Shown: positions 13,585 through 27,466, numbered from the whole stretch's first letter. The stretch is DNA of 63,026 nucleotides, filler included, from Chiloscyllium plagiosum (GCF_004010195.1; 3 parts of one record of this genome joined end to end with filler, not necessarily neighbours in it), one strand, 5' to 3'. Made by a program: numbers and translations. The notes: generated by a model not told the origin, from the sequence alone.

Positions 13585-15230
13585 CATAAGACCAAAACAC
13601 CATAAGACATAGGAGTGGAAGTACGGCCATTCAGCTCATCAAGTCCACTCCACTATTTAAACATGGCTGAGGGCATTTCAACTCCACTTACCCGCATTCT
13701 TCCCACAGACTTTAATTCCTTGCAAGATCAAGAATTTATCAATCTCTGCCTTGAAGACATTTAATGTCCTAGCCTCCACTACGCTCCATGGCAATGAATT
13801 CCACAGACTCTTGCTGAAGAAATGTCTCCTCATTTCCGTTCTAAACTGACCCCCTTTAATTCTAAGGCTGTGCCCATGGGTCCTAGTCTCCCGGCCTAAT
13901 GGAAACAAATTCCTAGCGTCCACCCTTTCTAAACCATGCATTATCTTGTAAGTTTTTATTAGATCTCCCCTCAACCTTCTGAACTCTAATGAATACAATC
14001 CCAGGATCCTCAGCCGTTCATCGTATTTTAGGCCTACCAATCCAGGTAGGAGCATCGGTGTGAATCTCCACTGGACACACCCCAGTGCCAGTATGTCCTT
14101 CCTGAGGTGTGGGGCCCAAAATTGGACACAGTGTTCCAAATGGGGCCTAAATAGAGCTTTATAAATTCTTAAAAGCACATCGCCGCTTTTATATTCTAAC
14201 CCTCTTGAGAGAAATGACAACATTTGCTTTCTTAATCACGGACTCAACCTGCAAGTCAACCTTTAGAGAATCCTGGACTAGCACTCCCAGATCCCTTTGT
14301 ACTTTGGCTTTATGAATTTTCTCATCATTTAGAAAATAGTCCATCCCTGTATTCTTTTTTCCAAAGTGCAAGACTTCGCATTTACTCATGTTGAATTTCA
14401 TCAGCCATTTCCAGGACCACTCTTCTAAATTGCCTAAATCTTTTTGCAGCCTCCCCACCTCCTCAGTATAACCTGCCTGCCCATCTAACTTCATATCATT
14501 GGCAAACTTTGTCAGAATGCCCCCAATCCCTTCATCCAGATCATTGATATGTAAAGTGAACAGCTGTAGCTCTATCACTGAACCCTGCGAGACACCACTT
14601 GTCACTGGCTGCCATTCCGAAAAAGAACCTTTTATCCCAATTCTCTGCCTTCTGTCAGACAGCCAATCCCCAATCCATGCCAGTAGCTCACCTTGAACAC
14701 CATGGGCCTTCACCTTACTCAGCAGCCACCTGTGAGGCACCTTATCAAAGGCCTTTTAGAAGTCCAGATAGATAAATCCACGGGTTTCCTTGATCTAACC
14801 TACTTGTTACTTCAAAGAATTCTAACAGGTTTGCCAGGCAAAACCTCCCCTTACTAAATCCATGCTGATGTGTTCTAATCTGATCCTGTACTTCCAAGAA
14901 TTCAGAAATCTCATCCTAAATGAGGGATTCTAGAATTTTACCAACAACTGAGGTTAGGCTAATCAGCCTATAATTTTCCATCTTTTGTCTTGCTCAAGGG
15001 GGTTACAACAGTGATTTTTCAATCATTTGGAACTTACCCCGACTCCAATGACATTTGAAAGATCACAATCAATGCCTCCCCTATTTCCTCAAACACCTCC
15101 CGCAGAACTCTTGGATGCAGCTCATCAGGGCCATGGGATTTATCAATTTTTTAGACCTTTTAGCTTTTCTAGCAGTTTCTCTTTTGTAATGGCTACCATA
15201 CTTAACTCTGCCATGACTCTCCTTAATCAT
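13585..15230 (-). mobile_element. CR1 LINE ORF2 (RT and C-terminus), frameshifted
   Basis: ORFs 14189-14740 (SGVSQGSV..LFTLHINDL..KFANDMKL) and 13678-14223. Confidence 0.92.
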
Positions 15231-15741
15231 CCATGTGTTGAAGATCAAAGTCTACCAATGCAAATAGATGTGAAAAACTCAGCATTAACCCAGGAGGCTT
15301 ACGCAAATTACTATTGATTACATTCTATTCCTGATTATATTCAAAAATATTTCGACTGGCATCCTGAACTTTATGAATATTGGAGTGTTTACAAAGCCAA
15401 TTGCTGTGGATTCATTTTAATTAGGTTCAGTGGTAACAATTCTATTTAAGAGATTTCATTAAAAATTCATCATTTCATTTTATTAGCAAACAATGGCAGT
15501 CAGTAGCAAGTAAGGGAAACAAAAACACATCTATGTTCTTCCCTTTATTATTTAGACAAGCAGGGATTATTTAAAGCAGCCATTAATTGACACAGCCTTG
15601 CACTGAGTGCGTAATTTACTGTGTGCATTACTTGCTGAATGAATGTAGTTTAGGGGCAATTCAGTGTTAAAGGGGTCTGTGTGAAAGGTGTTTCAGTATC
15701 ATTAAAGAGCTACAATTGATGAAAAACAATAAAGCATTTTA

Positions 15742-18701
15742 CAAGCTAACATTTCGAGTCTAGATGACTCTTCAGAGCTGAAGTGAAGTGTGGAGGGACA
15801 CCATTTATGCTGTAATTCGGGGAGATGGTGGTGCTGGAGGTAATGGGGGTAGAGTGCTGGTGGAGAAAAGATGTTGATAGTTCAGATTAAGTGATCGGAA
15901 TGTGAAAACAGCAAAACAATGGTGTGTCTCCTGCCAGACTTGGAAGGACAGTAAGTGGGATTGGGGGGTGGGGGGGGGAGGGGCGTGGGGGGGGTGAAGG
16001 TGGAGAAGGAGAACATGATAACAAGCTAAAAGAAAGAAATGGTACACAATTTGAAGGTATGGATTTCAATATTAAGTCCAGAGGGCTGTAAAGTGCCGAG
16101 TCTGAAGATGAGATGTTGTTCCTCCAGTTTCTGCTGTGATTCACTGAAACACTGTGGCATGTCTAGGACAGACATGGTAGAGACAAAAAAGTGCAGATGC
16201 TAGAATCCAGACAGGCAGGACAGACACATGGGAATGCAAGCAGGACACTGTGTTAAAATGACTGGTTATGGGAAGGTTGGAGTCATGCTTGCACACAGAC
16301 TGGAGATGAACTGCAAAGCGGTCACCCAGTCTGCATGTGGTTTCTCCAATGTAGAGTAGGTCACACTGGGTGCAGCGAATACAATACACAAGATTGGAGG
16401 AGGAACTCTTGCCTGACCTCATGCCTGCCCTCAATCTTTTAATTAAAAACTGCTGACGTGATATCGGCCATCTCCATTTCCCATCTCCTCTCACCCATTC
16501 TAACTTGTCCCCTTCTGAAACTGCTGTACTTTGCTCTCTCAGGTCCAATTCTAATTGTTATCGTACCGGCCAACCAAGGTGGTGCTGTTGTGGTCTGTCG
16601 CACCGATCTTTACTTTGCAGAGGCTCACAGCCAACTCTTGGACACTTCTTCCTACCGCCCTCTGGACCATGACCCCATGTCTGAACATCAATCCATTATT
16701 GCCAGGATAGTCACTGACTTCATTACTTCCAGAGATCTTTCCCCCAATGCTTCTAACCTAATAGTCTCCCAACCCCGGACAGCCCACTTCTATCTCCTTC
16801 CTAAAATCCACAAACCGGAGTGTCCCGGTAGACAAATTGTATCAGCCTGTTCCTGCCCTACTGAGCTCACTTCTTTCTGCCTTGACTCCATCCTCTGTCC
16901 ACTTGTTCAGACCCTGCCTCCCTACATCCGTGATTCCTCTGATGCCCTCCACATTTTGACAGTTTCCAGTTCTCTGACCCTAACTGCCTCCTGTTCACCA
17001 TGAATGTCCAATCCCTCTTTACCTCCATTCTGCACCAGGACTGTCTAAGAGCTCTCTGCCTCATCCTCAACTAGCAGCCTGAACAATCCCCATCCACCAC
17101 CACACTCTTCCACCTGGCTGAACTTGTCTGTCACTGAACAATTTCTCCTTTTGATTCATCTCACTTCTGCCAAGTCAAAGGAATGGCTATGGGCACCTGC
17201 ATGGGTCCCTGTTATGCCTCCTCATGGGGTATGTGGAACGATCCTTGTTCCAGTCTTACACTGACCCTTCCCACAACTTTCTTCTCTGGATATTGATGAC
17301 TGCTTCGGTGCCACTTCATAATCTTGAAAACTTCATTCATTTTGCCTCCAATTTCCACCTTTCTCTAACTTTGACCTCGTCCATTTCTGACTCTTCCTTT
17401 CCTTTTCTTGACCTTCCTGTCTCCATTTTGGGGAATAAACTGTCCACTGCCAACCACGATAAAGCCACGGACTCCCATAGCTATCTTAATTACAGCTCGT
17501 CGCAACCCACGTCCCGCAAGGACTCTATCCCATTCTCCCAGTTCCTTTGTCTACGTCGCACGCATTCGGATGATGCCATCTTCCAAAACAATGTTGCTGC
17601 CATGGCATGCTTGTTTTGTGACCCTGGTCTTTCCACCCACTGTGGTTGACAGGGCCCTCAACTGCATCTGACCTATCACCCGTGCTTGCACCTTTGCCCT
17701 TTCCCATTACTAATAATAGTGTGATCGGGTTCCCCTTATCCTCACTTTTCATCCCACCAGCTTCCGCATTCAAAGGATAATTCTCCATCATTTCAGACAA
17801 CTCCAGCTGAATGCCACCACGAAACACATCTCCTCACTCCTCCTGTCTGCATTTCTCAGGGATCATTCCCTTCACACACTCTAGACCATTCCACAACCAC
17901 CAATACCACCCCCTTCTCTCTTCCCGGCACCTTCCCATGCAAAGAAGGGGCAACACCTGCCCCTTCACCATCACTCTGCTCACCATCCAAGGGCTTAATC
18001 AATCTTTCCAGATGAAGTAACATTTCACCTGTACCTCTTCCAATCTTGTGGAATATATTCGCTGCACCCAACATGGCCTACTCTACATTGGAGAAACCAC
18101 ACCCATATTGGGTGACCGTTTTGCAAAACACCTCCGGTCTGTGCACAAGCATGACCCCAACCTTCCCATAGCCAGTCATTTTAACACAATATCCTGCGCA
18201 CGTGCCCGCATGTCTGTCCTTGGCATGCTGCAGTGTTCCAGTGAATCACAGCACAAACTGGAGGAACAACGTCACCTCTCCAGACTAGGCACTTTACAGC
18301 CCTCTGGACTTAATATTGAGTTCAACACTTTTAAATTGTGAACCATTTCTTTCCTTTCTTTTAGCTTGTTATCATGTCCTCCCCTCTCCCAGACCACTTG
18401 CTTTCCTTCCAAGTCTGGCAGGTGATCGACCAGTTTTCTGCCATTCCGACATTCCAATCACCTAACCTACGCTACCAACATCCTTTCTCCACCAGCACCC
18501 TACACCCATCACCCCCAGCACCACCATCCCTCTGAACTACAGCATAAATGCTGTCCCTCCACACTTCACTTCGGCTCTGATGATGAGTCATCTAGACTTG
18601 AGACGTTAGCTTGCTCTATCTCCATGGATGCTACCTGACCCGCTGTGATCTCCAACATGTTTTCAGTATAGATCCCAGCATCTGCAGTAATTTGTTCCTA
18701 C
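15742..18701 (+). mobile_element. Penelope-like element (RT + GIY-YIG) with inverted 5' duplication, pseudogenised
   Basis: RT motifs LLPKIHK and GMAMGT.MGP.YA; GIY-YIG YCIRC..LYIGET; 15742-16400 is an inverted copy of the 3' end; TSD aaagcatttta at 15731-15741 and 18702-18712. Confidence 0.9.
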
Positions 18702-18974
18702 AAAGCATTTTATAATATGTATATTTGAGATATCTATGAGGTGTTCAGCCCAAAGCTACTTTTTGTGGTAATGTCTTTAACTCATGAAAGCCCGTTATGA
18801 AATACGATCAGATGTGCACCGATGGAAGATCAGTGAGCTGGTAGTACATGAACGGTTGAGTGTTATAGATCCTTTATGTTTTAAGTGTGAACAGACAAAT
18901 TTGTGAGAGCCACTACCACTGTGATGCAAGTAACCACTGTGCCAGTGCAATGAAGTGCTAGTCATTAAATGGAC

Positions 18975-19474
18975 NNNNNNNNNNNNNNNNNNNNNNNNNN
19001 NNNNNNNNNNNNNNNNNNNNNNNNNNNNNNNNNNNNNNNNNNNNNNNNNNNNNNNNNNNNNNNNNNNNNNNNNNNNNNNNNNNNNNNNNNNNNNNNNNNN
19101 NNNNNNNNNNNNNNNNNNNNNNNNNNNNNNNNNNNNNNNNNNNNNNNNNNNNNNNNNNNNNNNNNNNNNNNNNNNNNNNNNNNNNNNNNNNNNNNNNNNN
19201 NNNNNNNNNNNNNNNNNNNNNNNNNNNNNNNNNNNNNNNNNNNNNNNNNNNNNNNNNNNNNNNNNNNNNNNNNNNNNNNNNNNNNNNNNNNNNNNNNNNN
19301 NNNNNNNNNNNNNNNNNNNNNNNNNNNNNNNNNNNNNNNNNNNNNNNNNNNNNNNNNNNNNNNNNNNNNNNNNNNNNNNNNNNNNNNNNNNNNNNNNNNN
19401 NNNNNNNNNNNNNNNNNNNNNNNNNNNNNNNNNNNNNNNNNNNNNNNNNNNNNNNNNNNNNNNNNNNNNNNNNN
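18975..19474. other. Assembly gap
   Basis: Run of N. Confidence 1.
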
Positions 19475-19479
19475 TTTGT

Positions 19480-20050
19480 CTTATAAGAAATAGGAACTGG
19501 AGTAGGCCGTTCAGCCTATCGAGCCTGCTCTGTTATTCAATACAACCATGTTTGATATGACATTCCTCACATCTACTTTCCTGCCTTTTCCCCATAACCT
19601 TTGATTCTCTACTGATCAAGAATTTATCTATCTCAGCCTTAAATATACACAAGGTTTCTGCTCCCACAGCTCTCTGTAGCAAGGATTTCCAGTGATTCAA
19701 AACCCTCTGAGAGAAAAAAAAATCCTCCTCACCTCCATCTTACAATGGTGCCCTTTAATTCTGCAACTGTTATCTCTGGTCCTAAATTCTGCCATGAGGG
19801 AAACATCCTCTCAGCATTTACCTTGTCAAGTCACTTAAGAATCCTATCGACCTAGGAATAACCTTGTTCATCTAAATTCCAATGAGTAGAGTCTCAAATT
19901 GTTTAACCTTTGCTCATAAGACAATCCCTCCATACCAGGTTAACCTTCTCTAAACTGGCCCCAATGAAATAATATCTTTCCTTTAAATAAGGGGAGCAAA
20001 ACTGCTCACAATACTACAGGTGTGGTCTCACCAGCAACTTGTACAACTAC
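19480..20050 (-). mobile_element. CR1 3' fragment
   Basis: Reverse complement of CR1 C-terminal/3' UTR motifs. Confidence 0.75.
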
Positions 20051-21269
20051 AGCATCTATGAGTAAGCCTTGTAATAAAAATCAAAAGATTCATTGCTGCT
20101 CTTACCTTTTTTGCTGCTGTTTACTTGCTATTTACTATCTATGCTACTTAACTATGTGATCTGCCTATATTGCTCACAAGACAAAGCTTTTCACTGTGCC
20201 TCTGTACACGTAACAATAAATTCAATTGGGCTGTGCCGTGTTGATCCATTTGAGGGTAAACTTGGTAAACTATGCTGGGATTGTTCAGTTGTAAAATTTG
20301 CTGCAGTACAGCCCAATATTATGTACTGAGGGCATGTTGCATTGTCCTGCTAATCTGTTCGCAGTGATGTTAGGCAAGTGATAAATGTTGGGCAAAACCA
20401 GCAAGTTCTTCCCTGCTCTTCTTTGAATGGTGCAATGGAATCTTTTTTTTATTATCCAGCTCCAGTACTTCAGTTTAGGCTCTCAGTTTAGCAAGATATT
20501 ATCTCATTACTGATTGTGACAACTTACTGTGCACAATCTGGATGCCGAGCCACATTTCACCAAGGGGTTAATTGACTTTAATGTCTGTTTGGATGTGCTG
20601 AGGCACAATATAACTGCAAATTCTTCTTCGTCGTGGGTTTTAATTAGATAAACTGCAGCAATTACTTTTTTCTTACAAACTTTAATTTGAAAGTATCTGG
20701 GGGGTGGATAAGGTGAATACACAATGTTACAGACTCCCTCTGAGGCCAATATAAAAGCAGTTTAAAGAAGGCATTTGAGAGATAGGACATTTTAGGGGGA
20801 AACATTAGCTCCCTTATCAATGGCCTGGTCACTAGACAAATGTAAGTAAGTCAATTAACATTTTTTTTTGAGATAGCTTGAGAAAATGGAAAAATGTCAT
20901 TAGCTCTAAATGTGAGTCAACCTACGGTGGTGCCCCAACCAAAGTGGGATGAATGTTACATGCACAACCTGTTAACAAAGCGCTAATGCAGTTTCATTCA
21001 AAGCATTTGACAATTAGAACTGTGTGGCTTACAAGAGCAAGCTTTGAAAGAGCAAAATTTATTTCCGTATGTTTCCTGTACTTCAAATTAAAAATGACAA
21101 AGGATTACGAAGCTAAAATGTTAAATCTCCTTTCTCCAGATATGTTCAGATCTGCTAAATGAAGACTGCATTCATTTTCATATTTTCACTGTTTTCGATG
21201 CCTGCCACAACTTCCCTTACCTAGCCATCAACTGTAACCTCTTCCCTGGCAAATGCCTGAGGCTGGGTC

Positions 21270-21490
21270 AGACAATCTTGGGATAATATTTGATCCTGAG
21301 GTAAGCTTGCAAAAATATAGCTGCGGCATCACTGAGTCTGCCGCTTTTCCACATGTATTACACCACCCAACCAATACACCTGCCTTGGCCCTTTGTGCTG
21401 CTGGATTCCTCTCATCAATCCAGACTTGACTATTCTAACATCATCCTAGCTGGCCATCCACATTCAACTCTTCATAAACTTTACAGCATC
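21270..21490 (+). mobile_element. L2 LINE fragment
   Basis: Translates SRLDYSNIILAG..STLHKL, like the L2 post-RT motif SRLDYCN.LL.G. Confidence 0.55.
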
Positions 21491-21909
21491 CGAATCCAAG
21501 GGGCAAACTGAAAATCTACGTTGCAGGTGGCCACTTCTAAAGTTTGGGATCCCAGAATCAGAATTTCTCCTGACTCTGCACCTCAACCTTTGAAAGTAGA
21601 TCAGGACCACAGCGTCAAAAAGGAAAAGAGGTTATGGTCAGTCTTTCTAAGTAACTGGTTTGAAGAGGCAGTAGCATTAATGATAATGCCACTAGATTAG
21701 TAGTCCAGAGTCCATCATGTCGATTTTAACATAAAATTTGTTGTGTTAGTGCAAATGAAGTTAAATGAAATTTAAGTCGAAAGAAATGAGAAGCAGAAAC
21801 ATATGAAGTTGGGTGATGACCTGATAATTAGGAAGGTCATGGGATTGCTGAAGAAATTTGCATGTTTGTTTACACCAAGTATTGTAACTCAGCAGAAATG
21901 AGAAGAAAT

Positions 21910-22515
21910 CTCACAGTTCACCTGCCTCTCTTCCAACCTAGTTTACTGCATCAGGTGCTCCCAATGTTGTCTTATCTACATCAGGGAGACCAAACGTAAA
22001 CTTGGCACGTTTCACCGAGCATCACAACCGGGTTCGCAGGGGCCGATCGGACCTCCCAGTCATCACTCATTTCAAATCCGTAACCACTCAGTTTCCGACA
22101 TGATCATCCTTGGCTTCCTCCACTGCCACAATGAAGCACACCACAAATTGGAGGAACAACACCTCATCTTCTGCCTGGGCAGCCTACAGCTTGGAGGACT
22201 CAATATTGAGTTCTCCAATTTCAAATAACCTCCCTTTCAAATTCCCCAACTCTCTTCCCAGCCCTCCCTCCCAACCCCCTCCACTCCTACCTGCCACCAA
22301 CCAGATTCATTCCTCCTATTGACCAATCAGGTCGTACCTTCTACCTGTCTTCAACTATCCCCACTTCACCACCATTCCCCACCCCCCTTTATCTTCAGCT
22401 CCCCTTATACGCACCCACAGTCCTGAAGAAGGGTTACACCTGAAACGTTGACTTCACCACCTCCTGATGCTGCCTGGCTTGCTGTGCTCTTCCAGCCTCC
22501 TGCTTGTCTATTCTT
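21910..22515 (+). mobile_element. PLE 3' end (GIY-YIG + terminal repeat)
   Basis: NLVYCIRC..LIYIRET..; EEQHLIFCLGSLQ..LNIEF. Confidence 0.85.
22419..22453 (+). ncRNA. Minimal type I hammerhead ribozyme motif
   Basis: agtc-CTGAAGA-a-gggt/tac/acct-GAAA-cg-TT-gact: perfect 4-bp stem I, stem II with one GU pair, intact core. Confidence 0.7.
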
Positions 22516-22569
22516 TAATGCTATATCTTTCATGGATTACAAAGAAATCTTGATCAATGGTGTCACTCG

Positions 22570-23390
22570 GCTGAAGAGTGGCAGAGAGGGGTTAATTTGG
22601 ATAAATGCAAGGTATTGTATTTTGGTAAAGCAAACTAGGGCAAGACTTATTCAATTAGTGGTAGGGCTCTGGGTGGTATTATAAAACAGAGACCTAAGGG
22701 TTCAGGTACATAATTCACTGAAATTTGCATCACAGGTAGACACGGTGGTTAAGAAGGTGTTTAGCATGCCTGCCTTAATTGCTCAGACATTTGACTACAG
22801 GAGTTGAGACATAATTTTGTGGTTGTACAGAACATTGGTGAGGCCTCTTCTGGAGCACTGTGAACGGTTTTAGTCACCCTGCTCGAGGAAGAATTTATTA
22901 AAATGGAGTGGGTTCAGAAAAGATTTATCATTTTGTTTTTACAAATGGAGGGTTTGAGTTATAAAAATAGGTTGGGTAAGCTGGGACATTTCTCACTGGA
23001 ACAGAGCAGATTGAGTGATGACTTTACAGATGTTTGTTAAATCATGAGAGGCATGGATAAGATTAATAGCAGGGGACTTTTCCGAGGGTCGGAGACTTCA
23101 AAACTAGGGAGCATATGTATAAGGTAAGAAGACAAAGTTTTAAAATAGACATGAGGGGCACTTTTTAAAACAGGTAATGGTTCATGTGTGGAATGGATTG
23201 CCAGAGGAACTGATGGATCCAGGTACAGTTACAACATTTAAAAGGAATTTTATTAAGTCCATGGAGAAGTTTGAAGGGATATGGGCCAAATGCAGGTCAA
23301 TGGGACTAGTTCAGTTTGGGAACATGGTTGGTTTGGACTAGTTGGACTGAAGGGTCAGTTTCCATTCTGTATGACTCTATGATTCTATGA
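22570..23390 (+). mobile_element. CR1 3' fragment
   Basis: CR1 C-terminal motifs; (gattctat)n-like tail. Confidence 0.8.
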
Positions 23391-24094
23391 TTAAAAAATG
23401 GTAAGTAAATGTTTTAAACTTGATATTTTTAACAACTGTTAGGAAGAATTTTTCATTTTCTCAAATCACAAATCAAGTTTTTAAATGTGCTACTTGCATA
23501 AAAATGGACCAAACCAAAAAGAAAACCCAGTAACTGAGGAGTTACTCCCACTAACGAGATGGACTTAGTTCTTTACCCAATCAGAAAGAAACCAATTCGT
23601 GCTACATTTCAGCTGCAGATTATTCGAGAAGCATTTAGAATGACAACTCTTGTGGGATACTTAAGAGAGGAAGTATTTCCTGTTGGCAGTGCTTCCTCCC
23701 ACAGCACTATTTTTCACTAATTTGTTAATATCAATGTTTAAAATAATTCCCTGTGCAATGCCATTGCATTTCAGGTGAGCTTTTCAAACTGAGTCATGTC
23801 CAAAGGATCTATTCCCTGAGTCTGTGCTGAGTTGGTTTATCTCAGCCAAATTGCAGTAAGTGCTACAAATAGTCTCAGAATTCTATACTTATGAGCATGC
23901 ACACATAAAAGCAGCAATGCTAATGAAAGACATCTTGATTTTTAAAATTGATTTATACGATGTGGGTGTCATTAGCTGGGCCAGCATTTATCGTTCATCC
24001 TTAATTGCTGTTGAAAAGTTGGTGCTGCAGGCTGCCTTCTTGAACTTTTCCAGTCCATGGGGAATAAGTAGACCCATAGCTGTGTCATGCAGCT

Positions 24095-25960
24095 GAAATG
24101 ATATATTGAACAACCCTAGATTGCTGTTGAGTTTTACATCTTTTAGAATGGGTTGCAGGTTTGGTTAATTAATATGTAATTTCCAGAACTTCTTTTAAGT
24201 CACATTCTCAAGATAAGGTTTTATATAAAATGGTGACATCTCAGATCAGGCAATGCATTAAAGGTTGAGGTTAGAGTCTGTCAGTATCCCAATCTTGAGT
24301 AAGATTGGTTCTATTTCCAAAGTAGGAATTCATAAAATATTACATGGATTGACTGCCTGCAGATTGTGCGCTTTTTGAGCAAAATAGAATGTATCTGCAA
24401 ATATAATTCTGCAAATGCAAATTCACCCCATAGAAAGCATTGTCTTTCTCATACACTGCAGGCAAGGATGCCCCAAGGCATGGTACATTGGTGAGACCAA
24501 GCAGATGCTATGACAACAGATGAATGGACACCACGCAACAATCACCAGGCAAGGGTGTTCCCTCCCAGTCAGGAGGGACATTCAGCCTTAGATCTTCAGG
24601 TGACCATTCTCCAAGGTGGACTTCGGGGTATGCAACAGAGTGGCCGAGCAGGGGCTGATAGCTAAGTTCGGTATCCATGGGAATGGCTTCAACTGGGACC
24701 TTGGGTTCATGTCACACGAGAGGTGACCCCACTACTGTGTGTATACACATACTCACGCTGACCCTCTCTCATGTACACACACACCCAGGCACACATCCTC
24801 CTCAGGCGTATACTTCATCACACTCGCACACTTTACTAAGCATACATACATGCAAACACACACTCTCTCACACGAGTACCTGCTGTGTACATGGTGGGTG
24901 ATGTCCCTACATGTAATGGTGGTATCCATATCAACACTCTGACATGTTTTGCAGCGGTTACCATGGCAGGGTTGTACGGTGTTGTGGTCAATGTTGCCCT
25001 GAAGGCGGTGCAGTTGCTGCGAACAATCGTCTGTTTAAGATTTGGCGGTTGTTTAAAGGCAATAGTGGAGGTGTAGGGAAGGTGCTCATCCTCATCAATA
25101 ATGTGTTTGAGGCTGCAAAGAACATAACATGGTTTCTTCACTCCCGGGAAGTACAGGACAACGAAGGGTACCCTATCAGTTGCATTCAGTGTTTGTCTCC
25201 CGAGGAGGTTTTCATGGTTTCGCACTGTGGCATGTTGGAACTGGTAATTGATGAGTTGTGCATTGCACCCTGTTCTTATGAGGGCATCCTTGAGCACCTT
25301 CAGCTGTCCATCACGTTCCTCCTCATCTGAACAGATCCTGTGTATGTGTAGGGCTTATCCGTAGGGGATGACTGTTTTAATATGTTTTGAGTGGAAGCTG
25401 GAGAAGTGTAGCATCATGAAGTTATCCCTGGGTTTGTGGTAGAGTGAGGTACTGAGGTGCCTATCCTTGCTGGAGATGCATGTGTCCAAGAATGAGAAAT
25501 ACAAAAGAGCAGTCCATTGTAAGTCTGATGGTGGGATGAAAATTGTTAATATCACTGTGTAGTTGTTTCAGTGACTCCTTGCCTTGGGTCCAGAGAAAGA
25601 AAATGTCATCAATATCTGATATATAGTGCTGGTTGGAGGTCTTGTGCAGCAGAGAAATCTTGTTCGAATTTGCACATCAATATGCCAACATTTTCAGGTG
25701 CACATTTGGTTCACATGGCTGTTATGTATGTCTGGATGAAGAACTGGTTGTCTGTGTGGCTTGGAAGAGAACTTTCAGATGTTGGTGTTCCCATGTACCT
25801 GCTGTATCCATCTCTCTTGGTGTAGAGGTTGTGGCTTTGGAAGTTGCTGTCAAGAAAATCTTGGCAAATCAATGCAGTGCATCTTGTAGTTGGTACATAC
25901 TGCTCCATTGTGCACTGATGTTGTAGGGAGTGAATATTGAGGATGCATGTCAAGTAAGCT
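24095..25960. mobile_element. Rearranged PLE fragments in both orientations
   Basis: Plus-strand GIY-YIG (AWYIGETKQ) at about 24440-24740; minus-strand RT C-terminus (LSTSLYHKP, RVPFVV, AFKQPPNL); 24095-24432 matches the arm of 53413-54886. Confidence 0.75.
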
Positions 25961-26270
25961 GTTTTGGTCTGCATAGTGTTGAGATTGACGATAAGTGGGC
26001 GAAGGTAGGAGGTGATTGTAATAGGTTGGTGGGAAGTGTGGAACTGATTTTTTTTATTTCAAAAATATACTTTATTCATAAAATATTTTGGTGATCTGTA
26101 CAATTGGTCATGCCATACATCCGTAAACATTCCATTTCTTTGCGTACAGAGACAGAGTAATCATTCATATATACAGTTCTGTATGATTACTATCCACATA
26201 TTTAGCTGGGGATCAGCGAAGTCCCCTTACTGCGTCAGCCCCCTGTGCTTAGGCAGGCAGACGTTACACG

Positions 26271-26370
26271 NNNNNNNNNNNNNNNNNNNNNNNNNNNNNN
26301 NNNNNNNNNNNNNNTTAATTAATTAANNNNNNNNNNNNNNNNNNNNNNNNNNNNNNNNNNNNNNNNNNNN
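26271..26370. other. Assembly gap with TTAATTAATTAA spacer
   Basis: N run with a central 12-mer; same construct at 46279-46378. Confidence 0.95.
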
Positions 26371-26598
26371 GGAGTTGAGACCAGGAAGGATCAGCCACGA
26401 TCATGTTAAATGGTGGAGAAGGTTCCATACGCTGAATTGCCTACTCCTGCTCCTAATTCCTACTTTCCTGTGTTCCTGTGTAAGTGCTGACTATAATTTT
26501 GCAGTTATGAAGAGTGTTAAGACCTGATAAAGTTGATTAACAACACTTTCACAATGATGGACTTTATAACCATTTTGCCTGACCTGTAAAAAAGGGAG

Positions 26599-26914
26599 TT
26601 TTTTTTTTAGATTACATTACAATGTGGAAACAGGCCCTTCGGCCCAACAAGTCCACACCGACCCACCGAAGCGTAACCCACCCATACCCCTACATTTACC
26701 CCTTACCTCACACTACGGGCAATTTAGCATGGCCAATTCACCTGACCTGCACATCCTTGGATTGTGGGAGGAAACCGGAGCACCCGGAGGAAACCCACGC
26801 AGACACGGGGAGAACGTGCAAACTCCACACAGTCAGTCGCCTGAGGCGGGAATTGAACCCGGGTCTCTGGCGCTGCGAGGCAGCAGTGCTAACCACTGTG
26901 CCACCGTGCCGCCC
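26599..26914 (-). mobile_element. HE1 SINE, young and full length
   Basis: tRNA-like head gggcggcacggtggcacagtggttagcac...ggttcaattccc, CpGs retained, CR1-like tail. Confidence 0.9.
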
Positions 26915-27422
26915 ACTAAGTTGTGCTGTCAACTCATCAAATAACCAATGTTTATCAACTGGACATTAATTTTTTTGCAAATAATGTGGTAATTCAAAAC
27001 CCAAATACACTGACATGGTGCTATTATGTTACTTCACAAGAGTGATAGACATTCAAACATAAAACAAACCTATCTAAACACACTGTATGTTTCTCAAAAA
27101 AGAGAACATTGAATCTGACATTAATGCAATCTAATGCGAACCTGTACTGTCGTGAATTAAAACTATTTTGACCTACTAAAATGATACCAAGACACATTTT
27201 AGACTCACAGATGTCCTCGGAATGGCGAACATTGTTTTGCCTTCATATCTCCAGCTATTCTTATACAGGTACACTTTACTCAGCAGGAAAGGAATGGTCA
27301 TAAACAATGGGAACTTGGGATTTCATGGAGTGAAATTATCGATTTGATGAGTATAGATAACAAAGACATGTTTCAGAGAATATTAAACAAATACAAGGAG
27401 GCAGGTGGTAAGAAAGATAAAC

Positions 27423-27428
27423 TTTATT
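27423..27428 (-). terminator. Putative polyadenylation signal of the interferon gene
   Basis: AATAAA on the minus strand about 345 nt after the stop, followed by U/GU-rich sequence (ttgtatttgttta). Confidence 0.55.
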
Positions 27429-27466
27429 TTCTTGATAATATACAGGGAAAATAATAATTACTGAAA

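Noticed and set aside
18955..19560. Long ORFs made of X (also near 34877-35137 and 43574-44413)
   Set aside because: Artefacts of assembly gaps
26315..26326. TTAATTAATTAA palindrome inside N runs (also 46323-46334)
   Set aside because: Identical 12-mer centred in 100-bp gaps: a scaffolding spacer, not biology
26840..26914. tRNA gene
   Set aside because: tRNA-derived SINE head continuing into the HE1 body; many copies in the window
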